A DNA stretch of 64,000 bases, from positions 62,001 to 126,000 of the forward strand of contig NMRA01000010.1 of the NCBI GenBank assembly GCA_002633005.1, written 5' to 3'. Positions 1 through 14,697 of this stretch are shown piece by piece. The stretch's first letter is position 1; each line of letters starts with the position of its first letter. The notes beneath the pieces are model-generated. The model did not search any database, was not told where the DNA came from, and saw nothing but the letters and a program-made list of their open reading frames with translations. Source of the DNA: Phoronis australis (taxonomy: Eukaryota; Animalia; Phoronida). The position numbers and the translations under genes were made by a program.

Positions 1-3000
1 GCGACAGTGGCAGTCAAACGCTCTGCCGGCAGGACCAAATCCATCTTGATAAACGACAAAGTATTTTGAGCATATTTAACTGGAAAATAAACCACCCCCA
101 TTTCTGCGTTTATCTGGAAGACAACGGGACAAAATCACAAAAACAAAGCAGGTTTGTCTCGGTCAAAGTTATACAAGAAGAAGACGTGATGACGGTACAT
201 CTCTATATGAATTACAGTGAACGGATACACAGGATATATAACAATATGTTGACCAGTAATACACTTAATGATGTCATCAATAAAATATATGTTCTGGCTA
301 GGATCCACTACGAAAGTAATGCAGAAGACAATGATGAACGTATCGATGTAAATCATTTAAGAACTCCATTTAAAAAGAGGTGTTATAATGGTAATGGCGG
401 TCATATTTTACACGGAAGCGGCACGTTTCCCAGCAAGTACTCTCGTTGTATGATGGCGTCAACCAAATATGACCTCTAAATCCGATTTCACAAAGGAATG
501 CTTAGTGAGTTGAACAAAAAGAGACTTAGGAAGTTAATTGGGTTTAATCTAAAAATTAATTCCTGCGCATTATCCAGATTTGGAAATCAATATTATATAC
601 ATTATCAATGAGAGTTATTGATGTTCAAAGATATTTTAACTGATCGCGTTTACTTATTTTTCTTGAAGTATTTGAGCAAACCAAGATGGTCAACACGCCC
701 ATGCTGTTTTTAATACATAAACGGCAAACGTTTACAACATGTGACGAAAGAGAACAATGTTATGGCTGAAATAGCGCTACACAGCAGCTCATGGTTATGA
801 GAATTCCATGAACAGTGTTATTGCAATGCATTGAGTAACATTTACAATCACGGACTTGTCTGTAATCCAAGCGATTGTTTGCATAGAAAGGACAATAACG
901 TAACTTGCCGATGAAAAGAAAAATAATGTTTTGGATTAGTTGTATAAATTGAATGGAAAACTTGACAGGTACCTTATTTGGGGAAGGTAACAACTAACTT
1001 ACTGTTGAAAACGCATCAAAGGAAATACATTATAGTTAGTTTCTTTGAGTCAGGTGCTATTAGACAACCAGGGCCGTAAGATGACTCACGGGCAAATTTT
1101 TGAGCTAAACTGATCATTTGCAGTAGAATCCGAAACTCGCCGAGAGCTTGCAAAAAACCATATTCTGTCAGACAGTGACAACTCCAACGTTTACCCTATG
1201 ACGATACATTTATTTGCCAACGAATTAGTTCATTAAAATTCCACTACTAACCAGCAAAACTTGTTTTTATTTAAACGACTATTAAAACTTTAACATGCAC
1301 GGATACACGATTAAAACCCTACTGTAAATGTACTGGTGATTGCATACTTGCATAACACCAAAAGGTCTCACTAGCTACTTTCTTTATAAAATTTGGACAC
1401 ACCAGGGGTGTATGAAAAGTTCTTTCTTATTTTCGATGTACTTATATGAATTTTGGACCATGTTAAAACGGTTATAATACGAGGAATATTTGTGACAGAT
1501 TCATCTGATATTCATTCATTATACTAAGCAGACGATGGGCATTATGCGTGAGTACTTCGGTGAATCTCCAAAAATTGTTGAATTGTCTAAATAGCTGTTG
1601 TAGGGTGTGGGGTATGTCAGTAAGCCTTAAAAATACAAAAATTATTGTGTTCAGAAATTGAGATCCATTGCAGAATTATGAAACATGGTTCTTTGACAAA
1701 TATGAGGAGGAAGTGGTTAGCCACTATAAGTATTTGGGCCTCATGATTTCTCCCAGGTTGGCTTGGACTAAAGCGATAACAAACCTTGCTAGGCAAGGAA
1801 GTAAATCTCAAACCACTTTCTCATACCCGTGGTAGATGCAGATTATAGTAAAAATCCTTGGCTGATAGACAAAAAGTATCAATAAAGCCGTTCAGCTCAA
1901 GTTACTAAAGTTGTTTATTTTAAACCTGACCGTGAAAAGACCAGTATGTTTGCATGCATTTATGCGTCAAAGCATTTCTCGCAGCGTTTTCGTTGGGCGG
2001 GATATATACTATAATCAAATTGCTGAGGTTTTAATCAGTCAAGCTTATTGATTATAACCTATAGCCATCCAGAAGCAAACTGTAATAATGTCTTGTTATG
2101 AATTACATAACCAAGGAAAGTTGAAATTATCACGGAAATGTAAAGAGTTGTTCAATGCTTGATGGAGTGTACACAATTCGTAAAATCCCTCAGGGCATCC
2201 CAGTCCATCCCTCAAAGTCATTATAACTAAATGCCTTGGAATTTGTTGGATTTGCCTTGTATTTTCTTTCAACTTCCTCTCATTTGCGTGTTATCAAAAT
2301 TCACGAGAGTGGATGGTGCGGTGGCGCCGTGGGTCGAGGTAAGGATAACATCAGCAAAATCTACTGGTTTATTACTTGGCATATTAGACATCTTCTGAAC
2401 ACTCACCAAAATGCGTCAATATTTTAAGCTAGACAGCTTACCGGGATTTTTGAACGGTTCTCCCACCAAGAAACATGATTACAAATTCCTCTGATGGGTG
2501 CTCTTTCACGATTGCTGTTTTAGACGCAAGTCGATTCAGTAAAACGGGGTCTGGGTAGGGGCGTAACCTCTGGGGGATGTCGGGGGATTGACACACCCCT
2601 TCCAATAATTTTCAGTTTAGTGGGACAGAAGCAGAAAAAGTAGGACAACGACAGAAAAATTGGGCAAATAGTTCCATTCAAATATGAAAGACTTCAAGTT
2701 TGGAAATTATGCAAAAACTTGTGCCATTTGGACTGTTTTGATTCTTGATATGTTTTTCCTGCATTCCTAATATGGTTTGTATCACTTACATGTAGTTTTG
2801 TTGTTCCTTTTTATTCGCAAGAAATGCCAAACCGATGGAAAGCAATATTTAATTTTCATTATTTTGACGCTGAAATACGGTTTCAACTTTGCTTTGATGT
2901 GATCAATAAGAAGACAAAAATTCTGACTACAGAGCTACAGAAGGAAGAGCTTAATATCCCGGATGCATTGAAACTAATGAATGTAACTAGTTATCGAACT

Positions 3001-3508
3001 CTAGCTACAGATGGTGTCCTTTAATCAACCCATTTGTTGGACTGTCTGACCATACGTTTCCTTACAACACATGAGAATGTTTTTGACTGGGCTTATCATC
3101 GAACAAGATGGTTTCAATAAAATACCTCCAACTGAAAGTAAGTGTAGACTAGAAAATTACTTTTAAATTCTCCATTCTTGTTATTCGTTGACTTATTGTT
3201 TTAATAAAGCTGTCTGCTCCATCTTCGCTTTCATAGAATTTGTAGGACAGGCCTACCAAAATGTTGGGCAAATTAAGCTTGACACTCCCTAAAGCAAAAG
3301 TACCAGTTTCGCCCCTGGGACTTGGCGGTCTATTTACCATATCGCATGATTTAGTCCTATGAGACAACATTTAGAACTTGATTCAAAATTTTATCTACAT
3401 TATGACTCGACCCGTCGTTATAGATCTACTTTGTACGCCGAAGTGTGTTGTTTAATTCAAATAACAAGCAGGAATCAGTTGCGAACGAACAGCCGATGAA
3501 ATACTCAC

Positions 3509-4256
3509 GACACCAGGTGGCGACCTCTGGGGTGTAGGCACAGTACCAGGTTCGTGGTGTCTTGCCTTTCTAAAACTTCCTCTTCGCCACGGAAAAATCT
3601 TAAGTCGGCCTTCTATCACGCTTATGGATTTTGATCGTCTCTTCGAAAACAGGACAGATTCCTGGGTGCCTTTTGATAGTGTGGCGGATTCATTGACAAA
3701 CGGTTTCGATCGCCTCCTAGCCAACTCAGTGGAAAGACATGGATTTGTGAATGATTTTCCCGCTTGCAAAAATAGCCTGTTTTCCCGATTCCGTAGCGAT
3801 GACGAATCACTCTTTCGGCGATCACCCTTTCTGTCTGGGTGACTGTCATCAGACACGAGCTTCCGAGTGTTCACGTGTGTCCTTGCCGAACGAAAATCCG
3901 GTTCACCAACACTTGTTCGTCGCGATTCAACACCACCCGCTCTCGTGCAGATGGGATAAGCGCCGAGTTTGCTCCGTGTTTTCAATGAGTTTGTTTCAAC
4001 AAAATCATGGACATTGTCAAACGAGGTGCCAGGGTTAAGCCATAATCCAACAAGACTGTATCGTTTGCTCTCAGTATCTGTTGACTGTATAGGAAAACAA
4101 TCGTCTGCTTCAACATCTCTGATTGGAGGACATTCTACCCTAATGGTTACGGGTGATTTTGACGCAATTCCATTCACAAATTCATTTTCCAAACGAGCTT
4201 TAGTCATGGTTCCTATAATGTGTAACACTGTCTTTGCCGATGTCGGTTTTGATACG
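3509..4256 (-). CDS. Putative large exon of an unidentified minus-strand gene (Ser/Arg-rich, probably disordered)
   Basis: 258-aa ORF in AT-rich DNA. Acceptor ttccttaaag at 4257 (phase 2) or internal ATG (MTKARL). Donor GTC|gtgagt at 3508 (phase 0). Several RRxS-type motifs. No domain recognised. Confidence 0.6.
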
Positions 4257-6225
4257 CTTTAAGGAAATACGTTTACGCCCGTATAAGATTTCATTTCAAA
4301 AAGGAATATAATTAATGTTCAAGAACTTTTCGAAAGCACTAAGCGTCGAAACGGGACAAACTCATTTCTCGACCGTGTGATTTGAAAGACAGTGTTCACT
4401 CTGCAAACGATTTTCACCAGTTGAACGAAGTCTTTAGTTGACAAATTTTCGACACTATGACTTTACGTCGACGAAATATTCCCTACGAGATAAATTTGGC
4501 GGCTCACACTCAAAACATGTTTATGTATGTAACAACATTCGGACACGTTTGGATGACGACATTTCTCCGTCACTAGACATGATTTTCTCACTATGTTAAC
4601 AGGGATCAAATGAACAGATAAGAGTTTTAAAGGCCATGATAAATACTGCTCAGTAAGTATTCCGATATTAAAATGCTTGAAAAAATATTGTCCACCCCAG
4701 TGACCGCGTTATGCTGAATAAACGCTGTGCGATAATGCTTTGAGAGGGTCGAGATTAAATATCGGAATGTTGTGAGTACCTCTTTCCACCTAGTTCCTCC
4801 CACCGATAAGAAAGCCTTGGAAACTTTCTCCCAGTGATTTCAGCTTATATCATGAACATTCCGTTAGAAAAGACGGGAGTCGGCTTTGGCGGTAAACTGG
4901 CTACACAAGCTGGTATAGATATAATTATGTGGCTGCAATGTTCACGATAACGTCGCTTCGAAAACTAACGAGCTCTTTTGGCAAAGTTTCTTTCGACAAA
5001 TAAGAAAAGACGTGTTTGTTGAAAAAAAAACAAAATTTTGTGAAAACTCATAAAACCAGGACTAGTTTCAACTCAAAGCAATTCAAAACTAACCTATAAG
5101 ATAAAAACAATGTATCTTTAAAACAAAATATCGCACAGTTACTGACTTTCTCTGAAGTCAAAATGTCGGTTTCCACAAACAAAAAGTGTGATAATGAGCC
5201 AGACATGTCATTCGCTAAGTAATTCTTGAAAGGAGGCTATGTCAGGGATTTCGTTCGTATGTCGATCACTCATTCGGTCAGTCAGCAAACAGTTTCGCGG
5301 TAGTACAACGCAAACAATCGACAAATGGTATTTGGTTACATTTATTCGTCATCAGAGTGTGGGTGTGCGCCGACGACAATTATACCCATTATATTCTCCG
5401 GGGGGGGGGGTGAGAAAGATTACGACACCAGCTTCATGGCATGTCATAATTTTCGAAATGCTTTGCAGTTACTGTGCTACGTAAATCTGGCTATTACTGT
5501 TTTTAAGTTTGGCATTCAGTTTTGTTTGACTGGTTCCAAAACGTCCAAATGATATCATGCTAAACAAGCGAGCAGTGTTGGGCAATACATCGCCTGTGGA
5601 TGCCAAGAGCACAGTTACGTTAAATTCCGCGCATGTATCGAAATTTGGTGAATATTTTACCATTTGAAAACACACATTTTGTACAATAGAGTGATGGTGG
5701 ACACTGCGATGCCTTGGCGCAAAATGTCATTCACCCGGTGGTTTAAATTTACGGTTATTTTAAAAACCAATTTGACGTCAAAATCGGAATGAAATAAAAA
5801 GACTTAAAAGACGGTTACAGTACATGCTGCTGGAGCAGTGAGTAAAGTCGGGTCTTGCTACATGAACATTGTAATTGACAAGAGGCTATGTTCTACTTTA
5901 GATGAAGTAAATGCAATTTCAAGGAAAATTTATGAAACATTGAAACGGCGCTTCCGTAACAGCGGGTAAAGTTTCGGTTTATTGGATTCTGGCCATAACC
6001 ACACAAGTCTTTTTTAGTGATGGCGTAACAGCCATTATTATGAGGCAATTAAGATCTGACAATAGGAATAGAAATGCACGGTAACGTCAGATATTCAAAA
6101 ATTTTGGCGGGTCTTGGATTTATTTCAGTTCAGGTAACCACGGAGGCAATTTAGCACTTGGAATTTTTTTACAGAGCAATGTGCTTGGATTAAACTTTAT
6201 GCTAGCGCAGAGTGAAGCAGAAATA

Positions 6226-6513
6226 TGGTTGACCAGGTCCATAGACCAGTGGTTGACCAGGTCCATAGACCAGTGGTTGACCAGGTCCATAAAGGAGTGG
6301 TTGACCAGGTCCATAGACCAGTGGTTGACCAGGTCTATAGACCAGTGGTTGACCCGGCCCATTGACCGGTGGTTGACCAGGTCCATAGACCAGTGGTTGA
6401 CCAGGTCCATAGACCGGTGGTTGACCATGTCCATAAACCAGTGGTTGACCCGGTCCATAGACCAGTGGTTGACCAGGTCCACAGACCAGTGGTTGACTAG
6501 ATCCATAGACCGG
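6226..6513. repeat. 24-bp minisatellite, about 12 copies (TGGTTGACCAGGTCCATAGACCAG)
   Basis: Directly visible tandem array. It produces repetitive ORFs in three frames. Confidence 0.95.
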
Positions 6514-7166
6514 TAATAACTTTCCAAGTCCATAATATGTTTCGGCGATACGTAAATTTTGCCCAGTTATTATTATTTGATTGGGTCCAAAACGTGAAAA
6601 TGACGTCCTACTAGACAACCAATATGTTTTGTTGACGTTGTCAACCCTAAATAATTCGCAACAAATTTTCAAAATCTTGTCATAACAGTCGAACCGACAA
6701 GCGTCAGTATTACTTGAAGCTAGTTAATCACCAGCTACTGAATGAGCAATAAACGACCACCGCCCGACCACCGCCGCACTGAGAAGTTTTGTTCACGAAA
6801 ATGTTTTTAGCTTTGTAATAATGCATTAACATTTACCAGGAACAGTGATGGGGTGAATTCGTTAAAACGAGAATTGGTTTGGAAGTAAGTGCTAAACAGA
6901 ACTGATCTGGTAAGAGGAAGCGTCGTTTATAGTAATCAGAATGTGTCAGCCACACGATCTGATGTGTGAAACTTTGCTGTGATAGGTGGCAACAAGGAGG
7001 ACTCGTAACTCGGCAGGTATTGGCAGAAAACTAACCGATAACCCGCCATGACAACACTATGTCAAGTCGTAATGTGTCAAAACATAACCGATATCGCGCT
7101 TACACGATACCCAAGTCTTAAACGTCGATAACGGCAAATTAGTTTCATACAGAGTTTCATGCTACC

Positions 7167-7207
<41 letters not shown>

Positions 7208-7261
7208 GTGCGTGTGTGCGTGTGTGCGTGTGTGCGTGTGTGCGTGCGTGCGCGTGTGTGC
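7167..7261. repeat. (TG)n/(TGCG) microsatellite
   Basis: Directly visible. Confidence 0.95.
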
Positions 7262-7793
7262 AACATCAATGTAGGTGTAGATGAAAACAAGCCATGTCAA
7301 TCATGAATTGTAATGTCGACGCTTACGATAATTATAGCAGAAAGTTAGTCACAAATACCATGCTACGTTCTTGTACGAACAAAGTCTTCTCGGTGATGAA
7401 TGGCATAGATTTCTAATGTTTTAAATGACTTATATGCTGCTTTTCATAATCCTTACAATAATGATGTTACAAAAATTGGGGCTTTTCACTTGTTTTTGGA
7501 GAAAATTGAAGACTGCATAAAACAAAAATGGAAAGACTACAAAAACTCGCTGAAAACTGCGATACTGGTTCAAAGATTTTTTTTGATGTTATCAAAAATT
7601 GTAGAGTTTATTGATACTATCAATTTGCTACGAACGTGCATTTTCAAATTTGCTATACTTTATAATTATTAATGTTTTACCCAATCAATGACAGACTGCT
7701 TTGAAGTCTACATTTAACTGTACACAATTTCTTATCTCAGGAGGTCAAATCCCCAAAATAAAACATGAATTTTTTGCTCTACTTTAGTATAAA

Positions 7794-7985
7794 CCTTAGC
7801 TATCCGTCTATTGTTGTGTACTAGACTGCATTATAGTTTACCTTAGCTATCCGTCTATTGTTGTGTACTAGACTGCATTATAGTTTACCTAAGCTATCCG
7901 TCTATTGTTGTGTACTAGACTGCATTATAGTTTACCTTAGCTATCCGTCTATTGTTGTGTACTAGACTGCATTCATTATAGTTTA
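7794..7985. repeat. 47-bp tandem repeat, 4 copies
   Basis: CCTTAGCTATCCGTCTATTGTTGTGTACTAGACTGCATTATAGTTTA at 7794, 7841, 7888 and 7935. Confidence 0.95.
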
Positions 7986-8302
7986 AGTGGAACAACATCT
8001 AACCCAAGTATGATAACCCCAGAATTTTAAACTGATTAAAGCAACAAGTTCGAGTTCGAATATTAACTTAAGATCATCAAATGCTAACTTGGACTGGAAA
8101 CTTGACAACAAAAAACATTTCCATGAGTATGTTAAGCTTGTACAAGAGTTTTGTAGAAGTCATCGTGGAACTTAAAAGTAATTTGTAGTTCGAGTTCGGA
8201 GATCAGAGTGTGCGCCCAGCTGAACAGTAATCAGAATGAGAAGAAAACATTGTTTCGCCATTTTTTTGCGTTGAGAATTTCCGAGTATCACGCAAAACTC
8301 AC

Positions 8303-8557
8303 CTTCCAAACATACACCCGTTCCTTTCTGACTATTTCGGGAATACAGTTGAGATTCCTGTTTAGTGTGCATGTCGACTTTTCCCTCTGTGCTTTTTTAT
8401 ACGGTGATGAGAGTATTGGTAACCTCAACATGACGTCCTCTAATGGCGCAACATCAGTCACTTTGATTTGTATTTTATGCAGCTGGGGAAAACGACTCAT
8501 TACGCCAAGGGCCATTTTAGAAGCCTTTGGAGATGATACATGCTCCACGAAATTCAT
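8303..8557 (-). CDS. Putative alternative first coding exon of the minus-strand gene
   Basis: ATG-initiated ORF MNFVEHV...RVYVWK ending at a consensus donor AAG|gtgagt (phase 0). Confidence 0.45.
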
Positions 8558-9522
8558 CTTTTTTCCTCTCGATCACGTCATATTTTAACTCCCGCTTTAA
8601 ATTGACAATTTTTCTCTGAGTCGAATTCACAAGTTTTAACGAACGCACATTTATCGCCTTCTCAATGGTTGCATGCTGCTTTGTCAACCACGATTATAGC
8701 TTGGTGTTCAATCTGTGACATCTTCAATTAATTTCCTGTTGTCTCTTTTAGTATTCACAGTTCATGGTGTTAAATTATTGGTGCGTCCTTTTTCTGAGCG
8801 AGTATCCACCAGCACGTAGGATTTCGTTAGATTTACGTGCCAGAACATCTTCATTTAATTTCCTGTTCACGGTTTAAGAACTCATGTTTCTTGGTGCTAA
8901 ATTATGAGAGCGCCTTTTTACTGAGGCAAAATCCATGTATATTTCCGGTAGCTTTACGTACATGTCTCTCGAGTTCAAGAGCGAAAACAGTTTCCTAATT
9001 ATATTTTTCAGCCTCGAAGATTCTTGAGAGAAATACATAATTCCTTACACTGACAAGAGACAGAGAAAGGCCAATTTTAAAACTCATTCATCATGAAAGG
9101 TATATTGTTGTTATTACAGCTCTCGAATCACAATCATCATTTGTATGCGCATGGCACCGAAAAGCTGTTCAAGTGCGATACCCAATATTTGTGTGGTTTA
9201 AAATAATTCCTGTGGCATCTACTACATGTACATAGGACAAAGCTTCCGAGTATAATTGAAATTGTTCTTTCTTCCTGAAAGAAGGATAATTATTCGCAAC
9301 AAGCAGACCAACCATCCAGCTCGGAGGGCAGCGAGCCAGTCAAACGAAGGACAAATATTCAGAATACACTTATTACTCTCGTTTTCGTCGTGGCTTGCAC
9401 GATATTTGCTAAGGAACCTGGCTTGCATAATTGAACGTGGAAGAGTTCACCTCCCATGGTTGCTTAATTGGAATAATGACTTTAAAACAATTGCAGACAG
9501 ATATGAACAAGACCTTTCTTAC

Positions 9523-9682
9523 ACTGAATTCCTCAGATTTTGATGGATGTTTCTGTGTTCTCGTTAACGCTACTTTAGCTTTAAGGCGAGTTCTCGAGAG
9601 CTTTGTTGCCAGTTGCTTGGCCTTAATGGTACCGTCAGCGACCTCTAGTGTGGAGGGGGTAACGACTCGCCTCTTCTGTAGT
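9523..9682 (-). CDS. Putative internal exon of the minus-strand gene
   Basis: Strong acceptor tctttcttttttcag, open only in phase 2 (LQKRRVVTPSTLEV...KSEEFS), donor AGT|gtaaga (phase 0). Confidence 0.5.
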
Positions 9683-9914
9683 CTGAAAAAAGAAAGACAC
9701 TCCAAGTAAAAGTTTGAGCGGCCTGCAGAAGCGTACAGGACTTTCTCTGACAATTCGTTATTACGCAGAGCCACAAATGGTCGCACTCAACTGCACACTT
9801 TGTGACATTACCCCATCATCCTCGTACTTGTCCTTGTGTTTGTCCTCGTGGTAATAGTCGTCGAGGTTACATGACCTTCCAGAAAGCATTTGCGGAATAA
9901 TATAGTGATTTTAC

Positions 9915-10015
9915 CGCATATTTGCAGTAATGAGGAACCTTGGACGATTTTGCTCACACGAGGGCACAGTAGCCAAGAGCGATTTTGGCTGGCCGGAGTT
10001 CGCGTCAGCCGCCAT
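9915..10015 (-). CDS. Putative first coding exon (MAADANSGQPK...ANMR)
   Basis: ATCATGG start context, donor CG|gtaaaa in phase 2, compatible with the 9682 acceptor across a 232-bp intron. Confidence 0.4.
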
Positions 10016-13000
10016 GATGAACAGTAAGGATACAGCGTGAACTCGGTTCTGCTCCAAAGTGAAGGTGAGAATTAGTTCCCGTGTCACATCCCTAGGTTAA
10101 TGGGAGTATGTCATAGTTCACTCCTTATTAATTACTGCACTATAAATTCGAGTGGTTGGATGGCAAAGCCAAGTGCGTGCTGCCGCCACAGCTCGCCCCA
10201 GCATACCTATCAGCACTGTCTGCATAAATTGCTTTTGTGAAAGAACGTTAAACTGGTTGAACATATCGCAATCTCCTAACACCTACGCTTCACACATTTT
10301 AAACTTTAAGTTACCATCGGGATTTTGTTCACGATGTTACTTTTTTGCTTTGATTTCAGAATGTTGTAGAGAAACACAATGACTTATCATTTTTCAGTTC
10401 ATTTCATTTTCTATTAGAGGGGAAGTATGTTAGCAGCACAGAGAGCGGCCTCTATTTGTACACTGACAGATCCCGGATGTTACACACTGTTTCATTAAAG
10501 ACACAGCTATACGTACCCCATTGTTGAATGATGGTGTTATAATAAAGTACTGTAATTCTTCATATGATTGTAAACTTTATCTGAACCAGTCAGGGCCTGG
10601 GCTCAGTCTAGCTTAACCAGTACAAACATTTGTATTTTTGCTCCATTTTTAGATTATAACCGAATTTGAAATGAGTAGACATGTCCTTAATTTGCGGTAC
10701 TTGGATATTAAATTTCAGTGTGGTAGAGACATTACTCAAAATTTCAGCCACTAATTTTCTGTGATGTGGATCAACAAAATATTGAAATGATGGCACTGAG
10801 ATAAGTAGACTTCTCAATTCCTTTCTCTAGCAAACTGTGGGAATTATTTTCTTGACTCCATTCATTTGGTAGAAATATAATGACTGATTTAATGGTGACA
10901 ATAGGTGCATATTGTTCCCACCAGCATAAAATCTAATTTTTGACATTCTGTAAAGTTCCTGAAGATAGGACATATGATAAACACGGGTTCGTTTCATTGA
11001 CTATAAAATATCAATGGAAATAAACTTCATCATCAATATCCATTGACCACATTGACTCAAAAGAACATTTATTCCTTGCATAACAGCTGATTTTACGGTA
11101 CATGCATACATGTGTTTCCTCTCCGTTGCAAAAAATAATATCGAGTAATTGAGTACCTCTTCAATTTGTTGGTTTTCGGTGGGGGTTCGTGCTGATCAAG
11201 GCATAAACTAACTCCGATGCCATGCACAAGCAGCCTTTATGAATCATTGGGCAAAAAGGTACGCGTTGTACTAAATTCAAAGGAAGTTGAAGGATGGTGC
11301 CAAAGATATTCTAGCAAATCTTTGGTCTTCAAAAGTTACTTTTCTTAGAGCAAGCCCAGCCGTTGGATTAATAGTCTCTGTCAGTGTCAAAGAACCAAAT
11401 TTGAAAAGATATTATCGGTTTTACTGTTGGAAAATACATTTTGAGGATCATTGGTGATTGTGATAGAGTTATTGTAAGTATTTGTTTTGACCTGATCTAC
11501 CGCACAGCACAGCAGAATTCGATGTTTTTGTGGTATTTTTACAAATCGGGAATTCTCGCTGTATTGTTTACTATACATTCTTTGAATTCAAGATTGGTGT
11601 CTTAACCATATAAATTGCTTAAACTACCTTGTTACTCAGTGCGTCACGGTATGATTCCACAATTTTTCAAAATATTTTCTGGAGTTATGATGCAAATCTT
11701 GAACACAGAAAAATGTTAATTTGGTGCTACAAACATGGAAAACACGTGTAAACATTTCTCTTGTCTGCCATATTGTGCCCTAAGACTACCATCAGCCGAT
11801 ATATGTAAAACCAATGTGATCATTTAGTTCATTGGTAGAACTGGTACCGAGAACACTTGTAACTTGCCGAAAAGTCACTTGCCAACAAATTCGATAAATA
11901 GTAAATAACGTAGAAAATAAATCTGAAACTAAAAGAGCCGATCCAGATCCTCTAAAGGACACACTTGTGTGTCGAATAAATACACGTAAATAAAACAACA
12001 AAAATGGATCACTGAAATTTTCGGATATAATAACAGAAATAGAAATAAAGTAAAATAAAACACGATATGACAAATGACATCTGATATTTGGCGTAATGAA
12101 CATGATAAAATTGTTGCGAAAAAGGTAACTTAAGTTTTTTAAGAAGTCTTTATGTTTAATCCATTGGGTTCAAGTGTGTTAAGCTTATCTATCCAAAATT
12201 GTTCTCTTTTGAGTCTATGAGGGGTACTGAGATATTGGAGTTTCTCTATTATTTGTACAGAAAGATCTTGTAGATTATGTTTTTAGGAACTGAAATGATT
12301 ACTTATAGTATCAGAAATGTTTTTATGTATTATGTTAAATCTGTGATTGCTAAACCAAGTTTGTAGATTATGTGGAGCGCCTGTGAGTTGTCATTGGAAG
12401 GAAATTTTGTGTGATGCTAAAGTTGTGTAGATACTAACTACAAGTATAGTCTGGAATTACATGTTGAGAGGCGGTGGGTGAAGAGCGCCCTCAATGTTCA
12501 GTCAATGAAACAACGCAGGATATAAAATGTCAGTACACGGTTGGACTAGAGATTCCAGAGCTCAACCGAACATCGCTGTAAGGATGTTTTTGACGATGCT
12601 TAATAATTTCTTTCTAAGGACTGCATTTCCTAAGATAAAGTAAACGTGGTGCATTACTTCAATAGAAAGCGTACGGTTGTGTAGGTTTTCTGATTTTACC
12701 AAATGGCTGGCATTGAAGCCAAGTTTGAAGCGTGCCCCCAAAGCGAGTTCGCCAACACGTTACCGGGGCTCAGGGTACAGTGCGCCCCTCAGGTGTGCAG
12801 TAAAAATACATACTGCGCCATCTATTTTGTATAAGATGAAGCGCAGCAGCGTTCAGCGGTTGCTTGAGACCATGAAGCACCAAAACGAACCATAGAGGCC
12901 GCTACGCTTGTTGTACGAAACACTGCAGCAACGACGTACTGTATGATCAAGCGTTCAGCTCAATACAAGAATAAATTACATAGTCGAGAAGTGTGCAATC

Positions 13001-14697
13001 AAATACCCTCAATACATTAGAAACGCACAAACAAACTTGGTTACAAAGGCAAAGAAAATAGCCGAAAATAACACGTATAATAATCAACATTTATGACCAC
13101 AATGGCGCTTTGTAACTGTAACATAATTTCTCTTTAATCCGCCTCTGTATTCAGTCCATTGTAAATGTCTAAGAGCAACTTTGAATGAAAAGAAAACATG
13201 AAAATACACCGCTCTAAACACTCTTTACAGGCGATGAATATTCACAAAGGAAAGCTGCCGCCCGATAACTTGGAGCATGATAGACGGCTACTTTCTAAAC
13301 CTAAATTCACTTTACCACAGAGTGGAACTAAGCAGTTAGCATACCTGAAAGATTGGGACAGAAAGGTAAGGATATTCCAGACTAACTCCAATAAGACGGT
13401 GTATAGCACTAGATAACTACTTGGGTATATTAAGGGCACATGACTTGAAAGAAACAAAACTTGTACAATTACTGGACGAGATAAGAGGCAATATATGTAT
13501 TGATCATAAATACCACGCTTCAGCACAGCGTGACCATATAAGTGGAGAACTACAGAATGTAAAACCCGTCCGACTTACAAATAATAAGCCAACTATATAA
13601 GTTTATGGTGCCATACATATCCCATAACTTGTCATAAAATTAGTGTTTATATGCTCTACGTAGTGCGCCTTTATTGCACAACAAATGATAGTTGAAGTTT
13701 GTATTTATTTGCATGCTGTGGCCAGTTGGCCATTTCTAAGTCAGCTGTCCATGAAGTAGTGTGAAATGTCAGTTTTCGAAGCTTTGTCGGAATGAAAGGT
13801 GACTTCTACATGGACCGAATGATAATGGTACATCAGGAAGCGACGTTTGAGTCGACTACGTTTCACTGCTAATGCCGTTACCATGGTTTCCAAATGGATG
13901 ATGTTCTTAATCGCTTCTAACTAATTGTCGCTGCCATTTTCTATGTGCTTGATTTCACATTCAAGACAGTCATTGAGACGTATCGACGTTAACAAGTATA
14001 CGTTACATTCAGAAGATACGAGTTTCAATGTCTACATAAAGGTAATGCTTGGCGACTTCCTTGGTTGGCAATATTTGTATTGAACCATATAAGTGTAGTT
14101 TACAATAGAGCAGTGATAGTGGACCAACTAGGCCTACAAAGCTCTCAATGTTATCACTAAACAATCGCAAAAGGCGACATATAGCTCTTGAAGCTACTTT
14201 CGACATAGAACGTCTTCAGTCACGTGTCGTATCATCGTCAGATTAACTACGCGTTCTTGAATACGATTTTTGATTGCTTTACTTTTCCATGTCAGATTTT
14301 AATCTATAGCCTGGATAAAATACATCATGTGTTTTTTCGGTATACCAATTACATACCTTTTGCTATCGTTTGTTGGAGGAACGCCCACCAGACGAATCAT
14401 GGCCCAAAACGCTTTTAACAATTCTATCTAGTTAATGTCCATGACTGTTGTAATAATTCTGAGCGTAATTTTTGAAATGGAGACGTTTGAGCTCTACTAA
14501 TTCAAAGGATAGGCTCATATCCATTCATTGTGAAAAGAGCTATACAAAACGGCCGTGTCATGGCCATAGGTGGGGTTTGTTCAGTTTGGATAGTCGTGTA
14601 ATCGCTAATTGCACACTGCAGACTACTATGGCAGTTTACGACATGGCGTGAATCTCGACAATCACAACAAATGAACGATAATCGCGTGGGATAAATG

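Noticed and set aside
66-479. 137-aa + strand ORF
   Set aside because: TTG start, no recognisable domain and no splice chain; probably chance.
1-3357. Small minus-strand exon candidates (1-79, 1089-1164, 2442-2514, 3066-3131, 3303-3357)
   Set aside because: Splice-like signals exist, but I could not chain them to the phase-0 donors upstream without stops, and no domain is recognisable.
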